In this document: one piece after another, positions 9,196 to 18,174 of the stretch | Position numbering within the stretch: position 1 is the stretch's first letter | Layout: each line of letters starts with the position of its first letter | DNA from: an uncultured delta proteobacterium | GTDB taxonomy: Bacteria > Desulfobacterota > Desulfobacteria > Desulfobacterales > B30-G6 | Assembly: GCA_963823335.1 (NCBI GenBank) | Contig: CAWGLD010000005.1 | Location: 128,001-192,000, forward strand | Direction: 5' to 3' | Length of the DNA stretch: 64,000 bases | The notes under the pieces: generated by a model | What the model was told of the DNA's origin: nothing | What the model saw: only the letters and a program-made list of their open reading frames with translations | The model's database searches: none | Program-made: the position numbers and the translations under genes

Positions 9196-11175
9196 ATGAA
9201 AGACAACAACCCTAAGAAGTCAAACCCTACGACAGTCAAAGATGTAGCGGATATCACCATCTGTGATTCCACCGCGCAGATGATTATCAAGGCTCGAAAT
9301 GACGGTGTTGAAACCGCTTTTGACCGGGCCGCCAACATGAAACCATGTCCCATTGGCGCCAAATCGGCCTGCTGTAAGCACTGTGCCATGGGGCCCTGCA
9401 GAATAAATGCCAATGACCCCTATGCCAAGGTGGGCATCTGTGGTGCCACCATCGACACCATACAATCCCGTAATCTGGCGCGGATGGTTGCCTGTGGAAC
9501 GGCCGCCCATGTGAGTCACGGGCGGAACATGTTAAATCTTTTCAGAGGGGTGGCAACGGGTGATATCACAGATTTCAAGATCAAAAACACCCTTAAACTG
9601 GAGACGTTTGCACAGGTTCTGAATATTGAGACAGCAGATCGGTCTGTGAAGGAAATTGCACTCGATCTTTGTGATGAACTCGAAAAAATATTTATTCAGA
9701 CCGATGGAGAAATGGCGTTGGTCAACCTGGTACCGGAAAAAACTCTTGAAGCCTGGCGGAAGCTGGATATCGTGCCACGTGGTGCCATGCTGGAAGTTAT
9801 GGAGCTCCTCCAGCGAACCCATGCCGGTATGGATCAGCACTACGAGAATCTGACCAAGCAGATAAGTCGTACGGCGCTGGTGGATGGCTGGGGAGGGTCC
9901 ATGGTTGCCACGGAACTATCGGATATCCTTTTCGGAACACCTTCACCGGTCGCCGCTGAGGTCGATATGGGATGCCTCAAGGAGGATGCGGTCAACATCA
10001 TTATCCACGGCCACGAACCCTATCTGGTGGAATCCATGGTGGCATCGGTGAACGACCCTTCTCTGATCAAAATCGCCAAAGAATACGGGGCCAATGGCAT
10101 CAACCTGGTGGGAATGTGCTGTTCGGGACTGGAAATGCTTTCCCGTCACGGTATTCCCCATGCCGGGAATTTTATGTCCACCGAGGCTGTGCTGGTTACC
10201 GGAGCTGTGGATGCCTTTGGTGTTGATGTACAGTGTATCCAGCAGTCCCTCGTAAGTGTCGGAAAGTGTTATGGCACACAAATATTTACGACGAATCAAA
10301 GCTGTCGGATCGAAGGAGCAGAACACATCGAATTTAATGAACATGATGCCAGGAGCTGCACCGACGCCATCGTGGAAAAAGCGATTGTTCGTTTTAAAAA
10401 CCGCAGTGCCAAGGTAGTAATCCCTAAAAACACGTCGGTCGGCATCCACGGATTTTCACATGAATACATCAACTACATGCTGGGCGGCTCCTTCAGGGGC
10501 AGCTACAGGCCCTTGAATGACAACATCATCAACGGCCGGATCAGAGGCGTTGCGGGTGTCGTTGGTTGTGTCAACCCAAGGATAAAACAAGACTGGGTAC
10601 ATGTGGAGCTGGTCAAGGAGTTGATCAAAAATGACGTGCTGGTGGTTCAGACCGGCTGTTCCCAGATTGCCCTGGCAAAAGCAGGCTTGTGCACGCCCGA
10701 GGCGGCACACTTTGCCGGGTCGGGGTTGAGGGAGGTCTGTGAAGCAGTCGGTATGCCGCCGGTACTGGGACTCGGGGCCTGTGTTGATAACAGCCGTATC
10801 CTGATCGCCTGTGCGGCAATGGTTCGTGAAGGCGGTCTCGGCGACGCCATTTCCGAATTGCCGGTGGCAGGTGCTGCACCGGAATGGTACAGCGAAAAGG
10901 CCATCGCCATCGGACAGTATTTTGTTGCTTCGGGTGTCTACACTGTCTTTGGTGTCACCTTCCCCATTGTGGAGGAAACCAAATTTCACCATCTCCTGTT
11001 TGACGCCATGGAGACACAGGGTCTCGGTAAATGGGGTTTTACCCAGGATCCCTATGAGATGGCCCGCATGATGATCGCCCACATCGATAAAAAGCGCCAG
11101 GCGCTTGGGATCGACAAGGCCAGGGAACGAACTCTGGTGGATATGGCCGACAGAAGAGAACTGGCGGCGGTATAA
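9196..11175 (+). CDS. cooS: Anaerobic Ni-dependent carbon monoxide dehydrogenase catalytic subunit
   Basis: D/B-cluster CPIGAKSACCKHCAMGPC and CGA; HVSH catalytic histidines; C-cluster ligands HGHEP, GMCCS, DVQC, VGC, TGC, GACVDNSR; SEKA lysine. Confidence 0.95.
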   Translation: MKDNNPKKSNPTTVKDVADITICDSTAQMIIKARNDGVETAFDRAANMKPCPIGAKSACCKHCAMGPCRINANDPYAKVGICGATIDTIQSRNLARMVACGTAAHVSHGRNMLNLFRGVATGDITDFKIKNTLKLETFAQVLNIETADRSVKEIALDLCDELEKIFIQTDGEMALVNLVPEKTLEAWRKLDIVPRGAMLEVMELLQRTHAGMDQHYENLTKQISRTALVDGWGGSMVATELSDILFGTPSPVAAEVDMGCLKEDAVNIIIHGHEPYLVESMVASVNDPSLIKIAKEYGANGINLVGMCCSGLEMLSRHGIPHAGNFMSTEAVLVTGAVDAFGVDVQCIQQSLVSVGKCYGTQIFTTNQSCRIEGAEHIEFNEHDARSCTDAIVEKAIVRFKNRSAKVVIPKNTSVGIHGFSHEYINYMLGGSFRGSYRPLNDNIINGRIRGVAGVVGCVNPRIKQDWVHVELVKELIKNDVLVVQTGCSQIALAKAGLCTPEAAHFAGSGLREVCEAVGMPPVLGLGACVDNSRILIACAAMVREGGLGDAISELPVAGAAPEWYSEKAIAIGQYFVASGVYTVFGVTFPIVEETKFHHLLFDAMETQGLGKWGFTQDPYEMARMMIAHIDKKRQALGIDKARERTLVDMADRRELAAV

Positions 11176-11188
11176 GGGGAAACAGAGT

Positions 11189-11395
11189 ATGGAAACCTTA
11201 GATCACTATCTGAACAGGGGGATCAAAGAAATCATCGACGGCCATCCGCAAGTCAAGGAGATCCTGAATGAATATGGTATCGGGTGTGGTGCCTGTGATG
11301 TCGGTACGTGTCTGTTGAAGGACATCCTGTCTCTGCACCCCATATCCAAAGAACAGGAACAAACGTTGATGAAAAGGATTGCAGCGGTGTTATAA
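11189..11395 (+). CDS. Small Cys-containing protein (DUF1858/ScdA N-terminal-like)
   Basis: METLDHYLNRGIKEIIDGHPQVKEILNEYGIGCGACDVGTC; true start is the ATG after RBS AAGGGG. Confidence 0.65.
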   Translation: METLDHYLNRGIKEIIDGHPQVKEILNEYGIGCGACDVGTCLLKDILSLHPISKEQEQTLMKRIAAVL

Positions 11396-11458
11396 GTACT
11401 GGTTTTTTCGCGGTGTCTTTGTACGTAAACAGATCACAATTTTTTCAGGAGAATTAAA

Positions 11459-11932
11459 ATGAACCAATTTCACGCTTGTCCGGGCAGCCGGATGATGGCA
11501 TTCAACAAAGAAAAGGAAAGTACGCCCGAATCAACCGTGGGGGCATTTCAGTCCCAGTTGCGGCAATGGCCGATTCAATTACATTTGATATCACCGGAGT
11601 CACCCTACTACCAGGACGCGGATGTGGTTTTGACGGCCGACTGCGTAGCATACGCCCTGGGGGATTATCATCGCGAGTACCTCAAAGGGCGGTCACTCGC
11701 CATTGCCTGCCCCAAGCTTGACACGGGTCAGGAAATCTATAGAGAGAAAATAACGTCCTGGGTCGATGATGCCAAAATAACGTCCTTGAACGTGATGATA
11801 ATGCAGGTGCCCTGCTGCACGGGATTGCTCAACCTGGCCAAGCAGGCTTTGCAGAAAGCGGAACGAAAGATACCGCTATCTTATACGGTTGTGGGCGTTC
11901 AGGGCGAAATACTGGAGCAGCAAATTGTTTGA
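11459..11932 (+). CDS. Iron-sulfur protein resembling the C-terminal domain of the Hcp-associated ferredoxin-like protein
   Basis: CPGS, SQLRQWPIQLHL, ADCVAYA, IACPKLD, MQVPCC motifs; lacks an N-terminal 2x[4Fe-4S] domain. Confidence 0.75.
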   Translation: MNQFHACPGSRMMAFNKEKESTPESTVGAFQSQLRQWPIQLHLISPESPYYQDADVVLTADCVAYALGDYHREYLKGRSLAIACPKLDTGQEIYREKITSWVDDAKITSLNVMIMQVPCCTGLLNLAKQALQKAERKIPLSYTVVGVQGEILEQQIV

Positions 11933-12095
11933 TGAAATCTCTTGGACACGCAGGACAAAATAATGTAAATATCATTCCATAACCGTAAAGCGGTAAAGGG
12001 TCAGGAGACGGCAGGTCTCCGAGTGTTTAAGTCCGGAACTGCCTTCTGGCACGCGGTTTATAGAACAATCAATTCCTTCATGGACAGGAGATGGT

Positions 12096-13052
12096 ATGGA
12101 CAAAAAACGATGGGACGACATACTTGTAAACGATCACGAAATGATTGAACGAGCGATGGATGTATTGAAAAATGAGCTCGGGAAACTGCCGCATAAATCT
12201 CCCGACCTGTTTTCATTGAAACGTACCATTGATTTCCTGCTGGAGTTTGGAGACCGGATTCACAACAAAAAAGAAGAGAACTGGCTGTTTCCCCTGCTGA
12301 TCAAAAGCGGTATCCCCGAAGATGGCCCCATACGGGTCATGGTAGGAGAGCACGCGTACGAAAGATCGCTTCTGGACCAGATGGCCGGGGACATTGACAG
12401 TCTCAGCGGCATGACCCCGGGGGCAAAAGACGATTTCAAAAACAAAGGCATGGAATATCTGGAAGTCCGCGCCAATCATATCTGGAAGGAAAACGATGTC
12501 CTGTATGCCATGGGCAGAAAGGCTTTTTCCGAGGCTGACAACACCTATCTTGTCAAGGCTTTTGACGATTTCAGCGCCAGTGTCTACGGAAATGACTTCG
12601 CGCAAAAAATATCGGCAATGCTTCATGAACTCGAGGGCGGGAAAGCTGCTAGAACCAGCCTTTTGACCAACCTGACGTATGAACAGATCGACGCTATCAT
12701 GGAGACCCTCCCTTTTGAAGTCACCTTTGTTGATGCGGAAGATTCAGTGGCCTATTTCAACCGCCTGGACAAGGAAAAGATATTTGTCCGCAGTCGTTCG
12801 GTAATCGGCCGAAAAGTCACCAAGTGTCATCCGGGCAAGAGCATCGACAAGGTTGAGCAGATCGTCAGCGGGTTCAAGAGCGGCGAACTGGACAAAGCGG
12901 AGTTCTGGATCGCCTTGGGCGGGCAAATGGTGTACATCCGTTATTTTCCGGTAAGGGATGATCAGGGGAACTATCTAGGGGTTCTGGAAGTGACCCAGGA
13001 GATCAGCGAAATACAGAAACTGACCGGTGAGAAGCGGTTGCTTGATTCGTAA
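12096..13052 (+). CDS. Hemerythrin-domain plus PAS (DUF438/PAS_10-like) protein
   Basis: N-terminal DHEMIER, HNKKEE..LFP, EH, HIWKENDVLY; C-terminal LPFEVTFVD..GRKVTKCHP..YIRYFPVRD..YLGVLEVTQ. Confidence 0.85.
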   Translation: MDKKRWDDILVNDHEMIERAMDVLKNELGKLPHKSPDLFSLKRTIDFLLEFGDRIHNKKEENWLFPLLIKSGIPEDGPIRVMVGEHAYERSLLDQMAGDIDSLSGMTPGAKDDFKNKGMEYLEVRANHIWKENDVLYAMGRKAFSEADNTYLVKAFDDFSASVYGNDFAQKISAMLHELEGGKAARTSLLTNLTYEQIDAIMETLPFEVTFVDAEDSVAYFNRLDKEKIFVRSRSVIGRKVTKCHPGKSIDKVEQIVSGFKSGELDKAEFWIALGGQMVYIRYFPVRDDQGNYLGVLEVTQEISEIQKLTGEKRLLDS

Positions 13053-13073
13053 GTATTCGTAAGCCAATCAGAA

Positions 13074-13120
13074 AAAAGAAAGGGAAACCAACCTGAAGTT
13101 GGCTTCCCTTTTGTCTTTTT
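13074..13120 (+). terminator. Rho-independent terminator, probably bidirectional
   Basis: AAAGGGAAACCAAC-CTGAA-GTTGGCTTCCCTTT with A- and T-rich flanks, between convergent genes. Confidence 0.7.
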
Positions 13121-13265
13121 ATACCGCTTGTCATAATAATGTTCCGAAAATAGGATGGCGGCATAAGGGGTTGTAGCAGAAAAAAGGTCCTCAATCGGAA
13201 CGTTTTTCTGACAACCCCTATAAGCGACAACGTCGCGTTTCATAAAATCGTCACCACGATTTTAT

Positions 13266-15539
13266 TTACAGTTCAATTCCAAGTTTTTCCCAGACCGACT
13301 CACCGTCTTTGATTTCAGTGGCTTTCAAATGCGGATAAGTGGTGATCAGAAAGTATGCCAGGGGCAGAACGCCCAGTACAATGATAATGGTATCTGGTAA
13401 CGCGCGAAATGTCCCCAGAATAACCACGGCATCCCGTTCAAAGAAGTCGGCACTCCTGGCGACCCACAATCCTTCCTTAAATGCCGTCCAAGTCTGCATG
13501 GCCCCCACCGGTAACAAGGTGAAAAAAGCCATCAGGAACAGACCCCCGTTGAGACCCCAGAAAGAAAGTTTGAGGATGCCATCCTTCCAGTAAGCTTTGT
13601 CCACCAGACCGCGCCAGGAAAAGAGCAGCAAGGCAACGGACAGCATGCCATACGTGCCGAACATGGCGGTGTGACCATGGTGCATGGTCAGATAGGTGCC
13701 GTGTTCATAGAAATTGATGATGGGCAGATTGATCAGGAACCCAAAGATACCTGCGCCTAAAAAATTCCAGAAGGAGGCGGCCACCAGAAAATACATGGGC
13801 CATTTGTAACTGAACGTTCGGCCTGCTTTCTGAATTTCGTTGAACTCCTTCAATCCACGCACCACCAGTGTTATGAGCGGCACCGGTTCCATGCTGGAGA
13901 AGATAGCCCCCCATCCGATCCAATACGCAGCCCCGCCATACCAGTAATAATGGTGCGCTGTCCCGATAATGCCGCTGATAAAGGTGATGGCCGCTGTAAA
14001 ATAGGCCACCCTGAGAGCCGACTTGGCTGTCGCCAGTCCCATGGCAACCATGAGAAGTGCGATGACGGCGATACCGAAAAACTCAAAAATGCTCTCCACC
14101 CAGAGGTGAACCACAAACCAGCGCCAGTAGTCTGCCATGGTAAGATGAGAACCCTTGCCGTAAAACAGGCCGAAACCGTAAAAGGCCACTACGAGAACGG
14201 CACTGAAGACATAGAACCATATCAAAGCGCTGAATTCATCTTTGTGCTTGCTCAAGTGTCCGCCGACTGCCCGATATACCACCAGCAGCCAGAAAATCAG
14301 TCCCACAAAGAGCAGAATCTGCCAGACACGTCCCAGTTCGAGAAATTCCCAGCCCTGATGACCAAACCAGAACCAAAGATCACCCAGGAATCCCTTGATT
14401 CCAAGCGCTTCACCGGCGAGACTGCCCACGGCAACGAGGAGGACCGCCCCGAAAAGCAGCTGAACCAGAAGGCCTTGCTTGACGGGTTCTTTGCCGCCGA
14501 TGATGGGTGCCAGGTAAATGGCAGAGGCCAGCCAGGTGGTGGCGATCCAGAAAACCATCAACTGCAGATGCCATGTTTTGGCCAGACTGTAGGGTATGAG
14601 CTTGGCCACAAAGGGCAGAAAAAAGGTGCCCGGATGGATGGTGTAGTGGGCCAGCAATCCACCGAAGGTCGTCTGCAGCAGAAACAGCAGAATCACCACC
14701 ACAAAAAACTTGGCCGCCTTGAATTGACTGGGGGTCAGGGGCATGTCCACTAGTTTTTCAGAAAGTGCCACCCCCTTGGGCGCTCCATACCATAATCCAT
14801 AGCGATGAATCCAGAAGACAAAAAGGCCCAGGACCACCAGCAGTGCCAGGATACCGGCGATGGAATAGAAGTAGGTCTCGGTACTGGCGACATTCCCAAC
14901 GCGTTTGTCCGCAGGCCAGTTGTTGGTGTAGGAAAAATCGGTTCCGGGACGAAGCGTCGAGGCGACCCAGGCAGACCAGAAGAAAAACCGCCCAACCTGC
15001 AGGCGCTGTTCTTCTTCGGGAATGGTGTTTGGTAAAAAGCCGTAGCGTTGCTCCCCTTTCTCGAAGGTGCTGCCCCAGTGCTGCACAACCCTTTCCAGTC
15101 CCTTGGTCTGAGCAGCGGTCAAGGTAAGCGTGTCCGTGGCCGGATCATAGCGGTTGGGTTTGATCTCATGGGTTGTTTTGACATCGATAAGACCTTTTTG
15201 GAGGTCGTCGAGGTCCTGGTACATTTTTCCGTAGTCATTTAAAGCCAGGGTGTCGCCGATAGCCTCAGCCAGAATGTGCAGGCTGGTGGCGGAAAATTCC
15301 GGCCCCCGTTGGGACCCGTGCCCCCAGACAGCGCCATGATCCATCAAACCATAGCGCTGGTAGACATCCTGTCCGGCAAGGATATCCGTTTTTAGCATCA
15401 GCAGCTTGCCGTTATTGTCGACTACTTTGCCCGGGTAGGGCGGCAGGTCTTTTTTCATGACAATACCGCCACCCAGCAAAACTCCCATGGCGACGATGAA
15501 ACAGAGAATGGCTGCCCACTTGAGTGTGTTGAGAGACAT
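13266..15539 (-). CDS. norB: Quinol-dependent nitric oxide reductase (qNor/NorZ type)
   Basis: GAVWGHGS, TNNWP, WHLQL, QGWEFLELGR, WFVVHLWVE, GTAHHYYW, HGHTAMFG; 757-aa single-subunit form. Confidence 0.95.
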   Translation of the reverse strand: MSLNTLKWAAILCFIVAMGVLLGGGIVMKKDLPPYPGKVVDNNGKLLMLKTDILAGQDVYQRYGLMDHGAVWGHGSQRGPEFSATSLHILAEAIGDTLALNDYGKMYQDLDDLQKGLIDVKTTHEIKPNRYDPATDTLTLTAAQTKGLERVVQHWGSTFEKGEQRYGFLPNTIPEEEQRLQVGRFFFWSAWVASTLRPGTDFSYTNNWPADKRVGNVASTETYFYSIAGILALLVVLGLFVFWIHRYGLWYGAPKGVALSEKLVDMPLTPSQFKAAKFFVVVILLFLLQTTFGGLLAHYTIHPGTFFLPFVAKLIPYSLAKTWHLQLMVFWIATTWLASAIYLAPIIGGKEPVKQGLLVQLLFGAVLLVAVGSLAGEALGIKGFLGDLWFWFGHQGWEFLELGRVWQILLFVGLIFWLLVVYRAVGGHLSKHKDEFSALIWFYVFSAVLVVAFYGFGLFYGKGSHLTMADYWRWFVVHLWVESIFEFFGIAVIALLMVAMGLATAKSALRVAYFTAAITFISGIIGTAHHYYWYGGAAYWIGWGAIFSSMEPVPLITLVVRGLKEFNEIQKAGRTFSYKWPMYFLVAASFWNFLGAGIFGFLINLPIINFYEHGTYLTMHHGHTAMFGTYGMLSVALLLFSWRGLVDKAYWKDGILKLSFWGLNGGLFLMAFFTLLPVGAMQTWTAFKEGLWVARSADFFERDAVVILGTFRALPDTIIIVLGVLPLAYFLITTYPHLKATEIKDGESVWEKLGIEL

Positions 15540-15636
15540 TTTGCACCTCCTTTAATAAAGATAAGTTCATCAAGATATCTACAATTTCCATATAGAGAAA
15601 ATAATTTCCCTGTTGGCTATTTTTCAATGAGGCAAC

Positions 15637-16023
15637 TTACAATATCTGATCAATGGTTGTATCGTGCAGAATTTTCTCAAATTGTTCGGAAACGATTCGC
15701 CAGCGCAAATGGAGTCCGCACTTTCCATCGCAGGTGTGCATGCCCAGTAAGCATTTTTTAAAATCATCGACCTTCATGAAGAGATTGACAATGTCAAAAA
15801 GAAGGATTTCAGACGCAGGATGGGATAGTTTTACTCCGCCACCCCTGCCGCGGACTGCTTCGATGATACCTGCCTGAGACAGGCGATTGAGAATTTTAGA
15901 AAGAAAATTGTGGGGAATATCCATTTCCTGTGAAATAAGGGCGGACTGGACAGGTTTGCCGGTGTTGTGGGCGGCTAAAAACCCCATGGCACGCAGCGCA
16001 TAGATGGCGGTTTGATTCAACAT
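15637..16023 (-). CDS. Rrf2 family transcriptional regulator with three Cys (NsrR/IscR-like)
   Basis: YALRAM, IPHNFLSKIL, RGRGGG, CLLGMHTCDGKC; directly upstream of qNor on the same strand. Confidence 0.9.
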   Translation of the reverse strand: MLNQTAIYALRAMGFLAAHNTGKPVQSALISQEMDIPHNFLSKILNRLSQAGIIEAVRGRGGGVKLSHPASEILLFDIVNLFMKVDDFKKCLLGMHTCDGKCGLHLRWRIVSEQFEKILHDTTIDQIL

Positions 16024-16143
16024 ACGGTCCTCTTTCCCCATTTGATCTTCATTCGATGATGGTACCCAATTAATTAAGATAACCGCATGAGCTTGTCAAC
16101 AAAAAAATAACGGTCACCAGAGGGACGGGACAAAAAAGGCAGT

Positions 16144-17205
16144 TTAGGTAAGCATGATCTTTCCGGCAGGTTCGGAAAGCACTTCGCCGATAATGGCGGC
16201 GTCTTCTATACCGGCGCTCTTTAAGCTATGCAGAAGATCTTCGGCCTTGTCATTGCCGACACCCATGAGCAGACCACCCGAGGTCTGCGGGTCGAAAAGA
16301 ATGTCGACTAGCACGCTATCCATGTGCGGGGCAAGAATTAACAGGGACGATCGAAAGGCTTTGTTTTTGAATGCGCCGCCGGGGATGAAGCCGCTCCTGG
16401 CATACTGAATGGCTTCGGGAATAATGGGGATGGCTTTTGATTCAAGACGGATACCGATGGATGGGCTGGACAGCATCTCCGCGAGGTGCCCTATAAGACC
16501 GAATCCGGTGATGTCGGTGCAGGCGCTCACCGGGTATGTCTTCATCACTTTGGCGGCGTCACGGTTCAATGTCGCCATGAGACGGCTGATGGATCCGATG
16601 ATTTCCTGGGAAGCGATGCCTCCTTTGATGGCCGTGTTGATGATACCTGTGCCGATGGGTTTGGTGAGGATCAGCTGATCCCCCGGCTGTAGACCCGTGT
16701 TTTGCACAATATGGTCCGGATGAACAAAACCGGTCACCGAGAGACCGTATTTCAACTCTTTGTCTTGAACGCTGTGGCCGCCGAGCAGAACAACACCGGC
16801 TTCCTTGATTTTTTCCAGCCCGCCTTCCAGAATGGCACGCAGGATGCTGATATCCATTTGATCGGAAGGAAAAGCCACCAGGTTCATGGCGGTTTTGGGT
16901 TCGCCGCCCATGGCATAGACATCGCTCAATGCATTTGCAGCGGCTATCTGGCCGAACCAGAAGGGATCGTCCACAATGGGTGTAAAGAAGTCCACCGTCT
17001 GAATGATAGCCAGATCATCCGATATCCGGTAAACACCGGCATCGTCAGCCCCATCGAGGCCTACCAGTACATTGGGGTCCTGCGGTAGTTTAAGACCACA
17101 GAGTGCTTTGTCCAGGTCCCCTGGAGCCAGTTTAGAGGCTCAGCCTGCACCGGAAACGGTCTGGGTCAAACGGACCGGGCCTTTGCCGCTCTGGATGGTT
17201 TTCAT
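16144..17205 (-). CDS. selD: Selenide, water dikinase; selenoprotein with in-frame UGA (Sec) at codon 22
   Basis: Reading from ATG at 17205 gives MKTIQSGKGPVRLTQTVSGAG-UGA(17142-17140)-ASKLAPGDL...DDAGVY...QTVDFFTP, in frame with ORF 16144..16995 (ANALSDVYAMGG, GGHS, TDITGFG, DPQTSGGLL). The UGA occupies the catalytic Cys/Sec position. Confidence 0.95.
17111..17125 (-). promoter_or_regulatory. Bacterial SECIS hairpin of selD
   Basis: mRNA UCCAGG-GGA-CCUGGA stem-loop with a G-containing loop, starting about 14 nt 3' of the UGA. Confidence 0.7.
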
Positions 17206-17300
17206 TTTACCTGGTTTCATCGGTTGGATCATTGTGGCTCTCCTGGATGATGTTTTTCCTTAATATAATCAATAAGTGCGATGTTTCAAGACCTAAACGA

Positions 17301-17352
17301 TTGAAGAACCCCGCAGCAAGTTACGGGGTTAGCGCTCGCTTTTTCGGTTCAA
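17301..17352. repeat. REP/MITE-like element, family A (short form)
   Basis: TTGAAGAACCCCGCAGCAAGTTACGGGGTTAGCGCTCGCTTTTTCGGTTCAA; TTGAA/TTCAA ends; its reverse complement matches the ends of 18749-18873 and 60199-60274. Confidence 0.85.
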
Positions 17353-17491
17353 AAAAACATCGGTTCGTTGGGTTTTTTGAGTTGCTTTAGTCTTAGATTT
17401 TAAGCGGCTTATCGCTTAAAGTTCAACTCACAGGTCAGGGCTTACCCTCCAAACCTACACCCCTCAACCCCTGCTTTGCCCCTCAGTTTGT

Positions 17492-17953
17492 TTATTTCCC
17501 TATCTCTGCTACGGTACACTTCAGCGCGGCCAGAATATCACCGGGTGACATTTTGAGCATCACACCTCTGCGGCCCCCATTGACCACCACTGTCTGATAA
17601 TTCATAATGGGGCTGTCTATAACGAATTCCATCGGGTGTTTCAACCCAAAAGGGCTGATACCACCCACCAAATAGCCGGTCAAGCGCTCGGCAAGGGTGG
17701 GGCTCGCCATGGATGCGTGTTTGATGTCAAAAAAACGGGCCAGTTTTTTTAAGTCCAGCTGCGTGTTGCCCGGCAGCAAGGCTGCGACATAGCGTTGCCC
17801 ACCCAGATCTGTGATAAGGGTTTTAACGATTCTTTCAAGAGGGAAGCCAATGGCCTGAGCTGCAAATTCAGCCCCTTTTTCTTTGTGGGTGTAGGTAATC
17901 ACCTCAAAGGAAATCTGCGCTTTTTTTAATGCCTGGATGGCTCTTGTGGGCAT
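17492..17953 (-). CDS. ybaK: YbaK/EbsC aminoacyl-tRNA deacylase
   Basis: MPTRAIQAL, IVKTL, AERLTGYLVGGISPFG, NGGRRG. Confidence 0.9.
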   Translation of the reverse strand: MPTRAIQALKKAQISFEVITYTHKEKGAEFAAQAIGFPLERIVKTLITDLGGQRYVAALLPGNTQLDLKKLARFFDIKHASMASPTLAERLTGYLVGGISPFGLKHPMEFVIDSPIMNYQTVVVNGGRRGVMLKMSPGDILAALKCTVAEIGK

Positions 17954-18174
17954 GATCTGTCCTATCGGACGTTATTTATCCTTTGGATGTCATTTGCACT
18001 TCGTGCGACATTAGCGCTATGCGCGTCATTTATTGTTGTATCGCCATCCCACATGATATACAGGATAACGTTCTTAATGACAACAACATGACATCCAAAG
18101 GTTTCCTGACGCATCAGGTGCAAAGGGAGCGAGGGATGTCAAAAACGCACTCAGGGCCGAATATGGAGGAGAAC

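Noticed and set aside
12000-12025. Cobalamin riboswitch (GGAGACCTGCC on the minus strand)
   Set aside because: Only the 3' box matches, the orientation is opposite to the downstream gene, and the core motifs are absent.
16144-17205. selD as a pseudogene with a premature stop
   Set aside because: The UGA is at the catalytic Cys/Sec position and is followed by a SECIS-like hairpin.
17983-18174. N-terminal extensions given by the ORF track (PPIase, livH, potA, AOR, SSS, dnaK)
   Set aside because: Downstream starts have clear RBSs, and the extensions run through promoter or repeat DNA.
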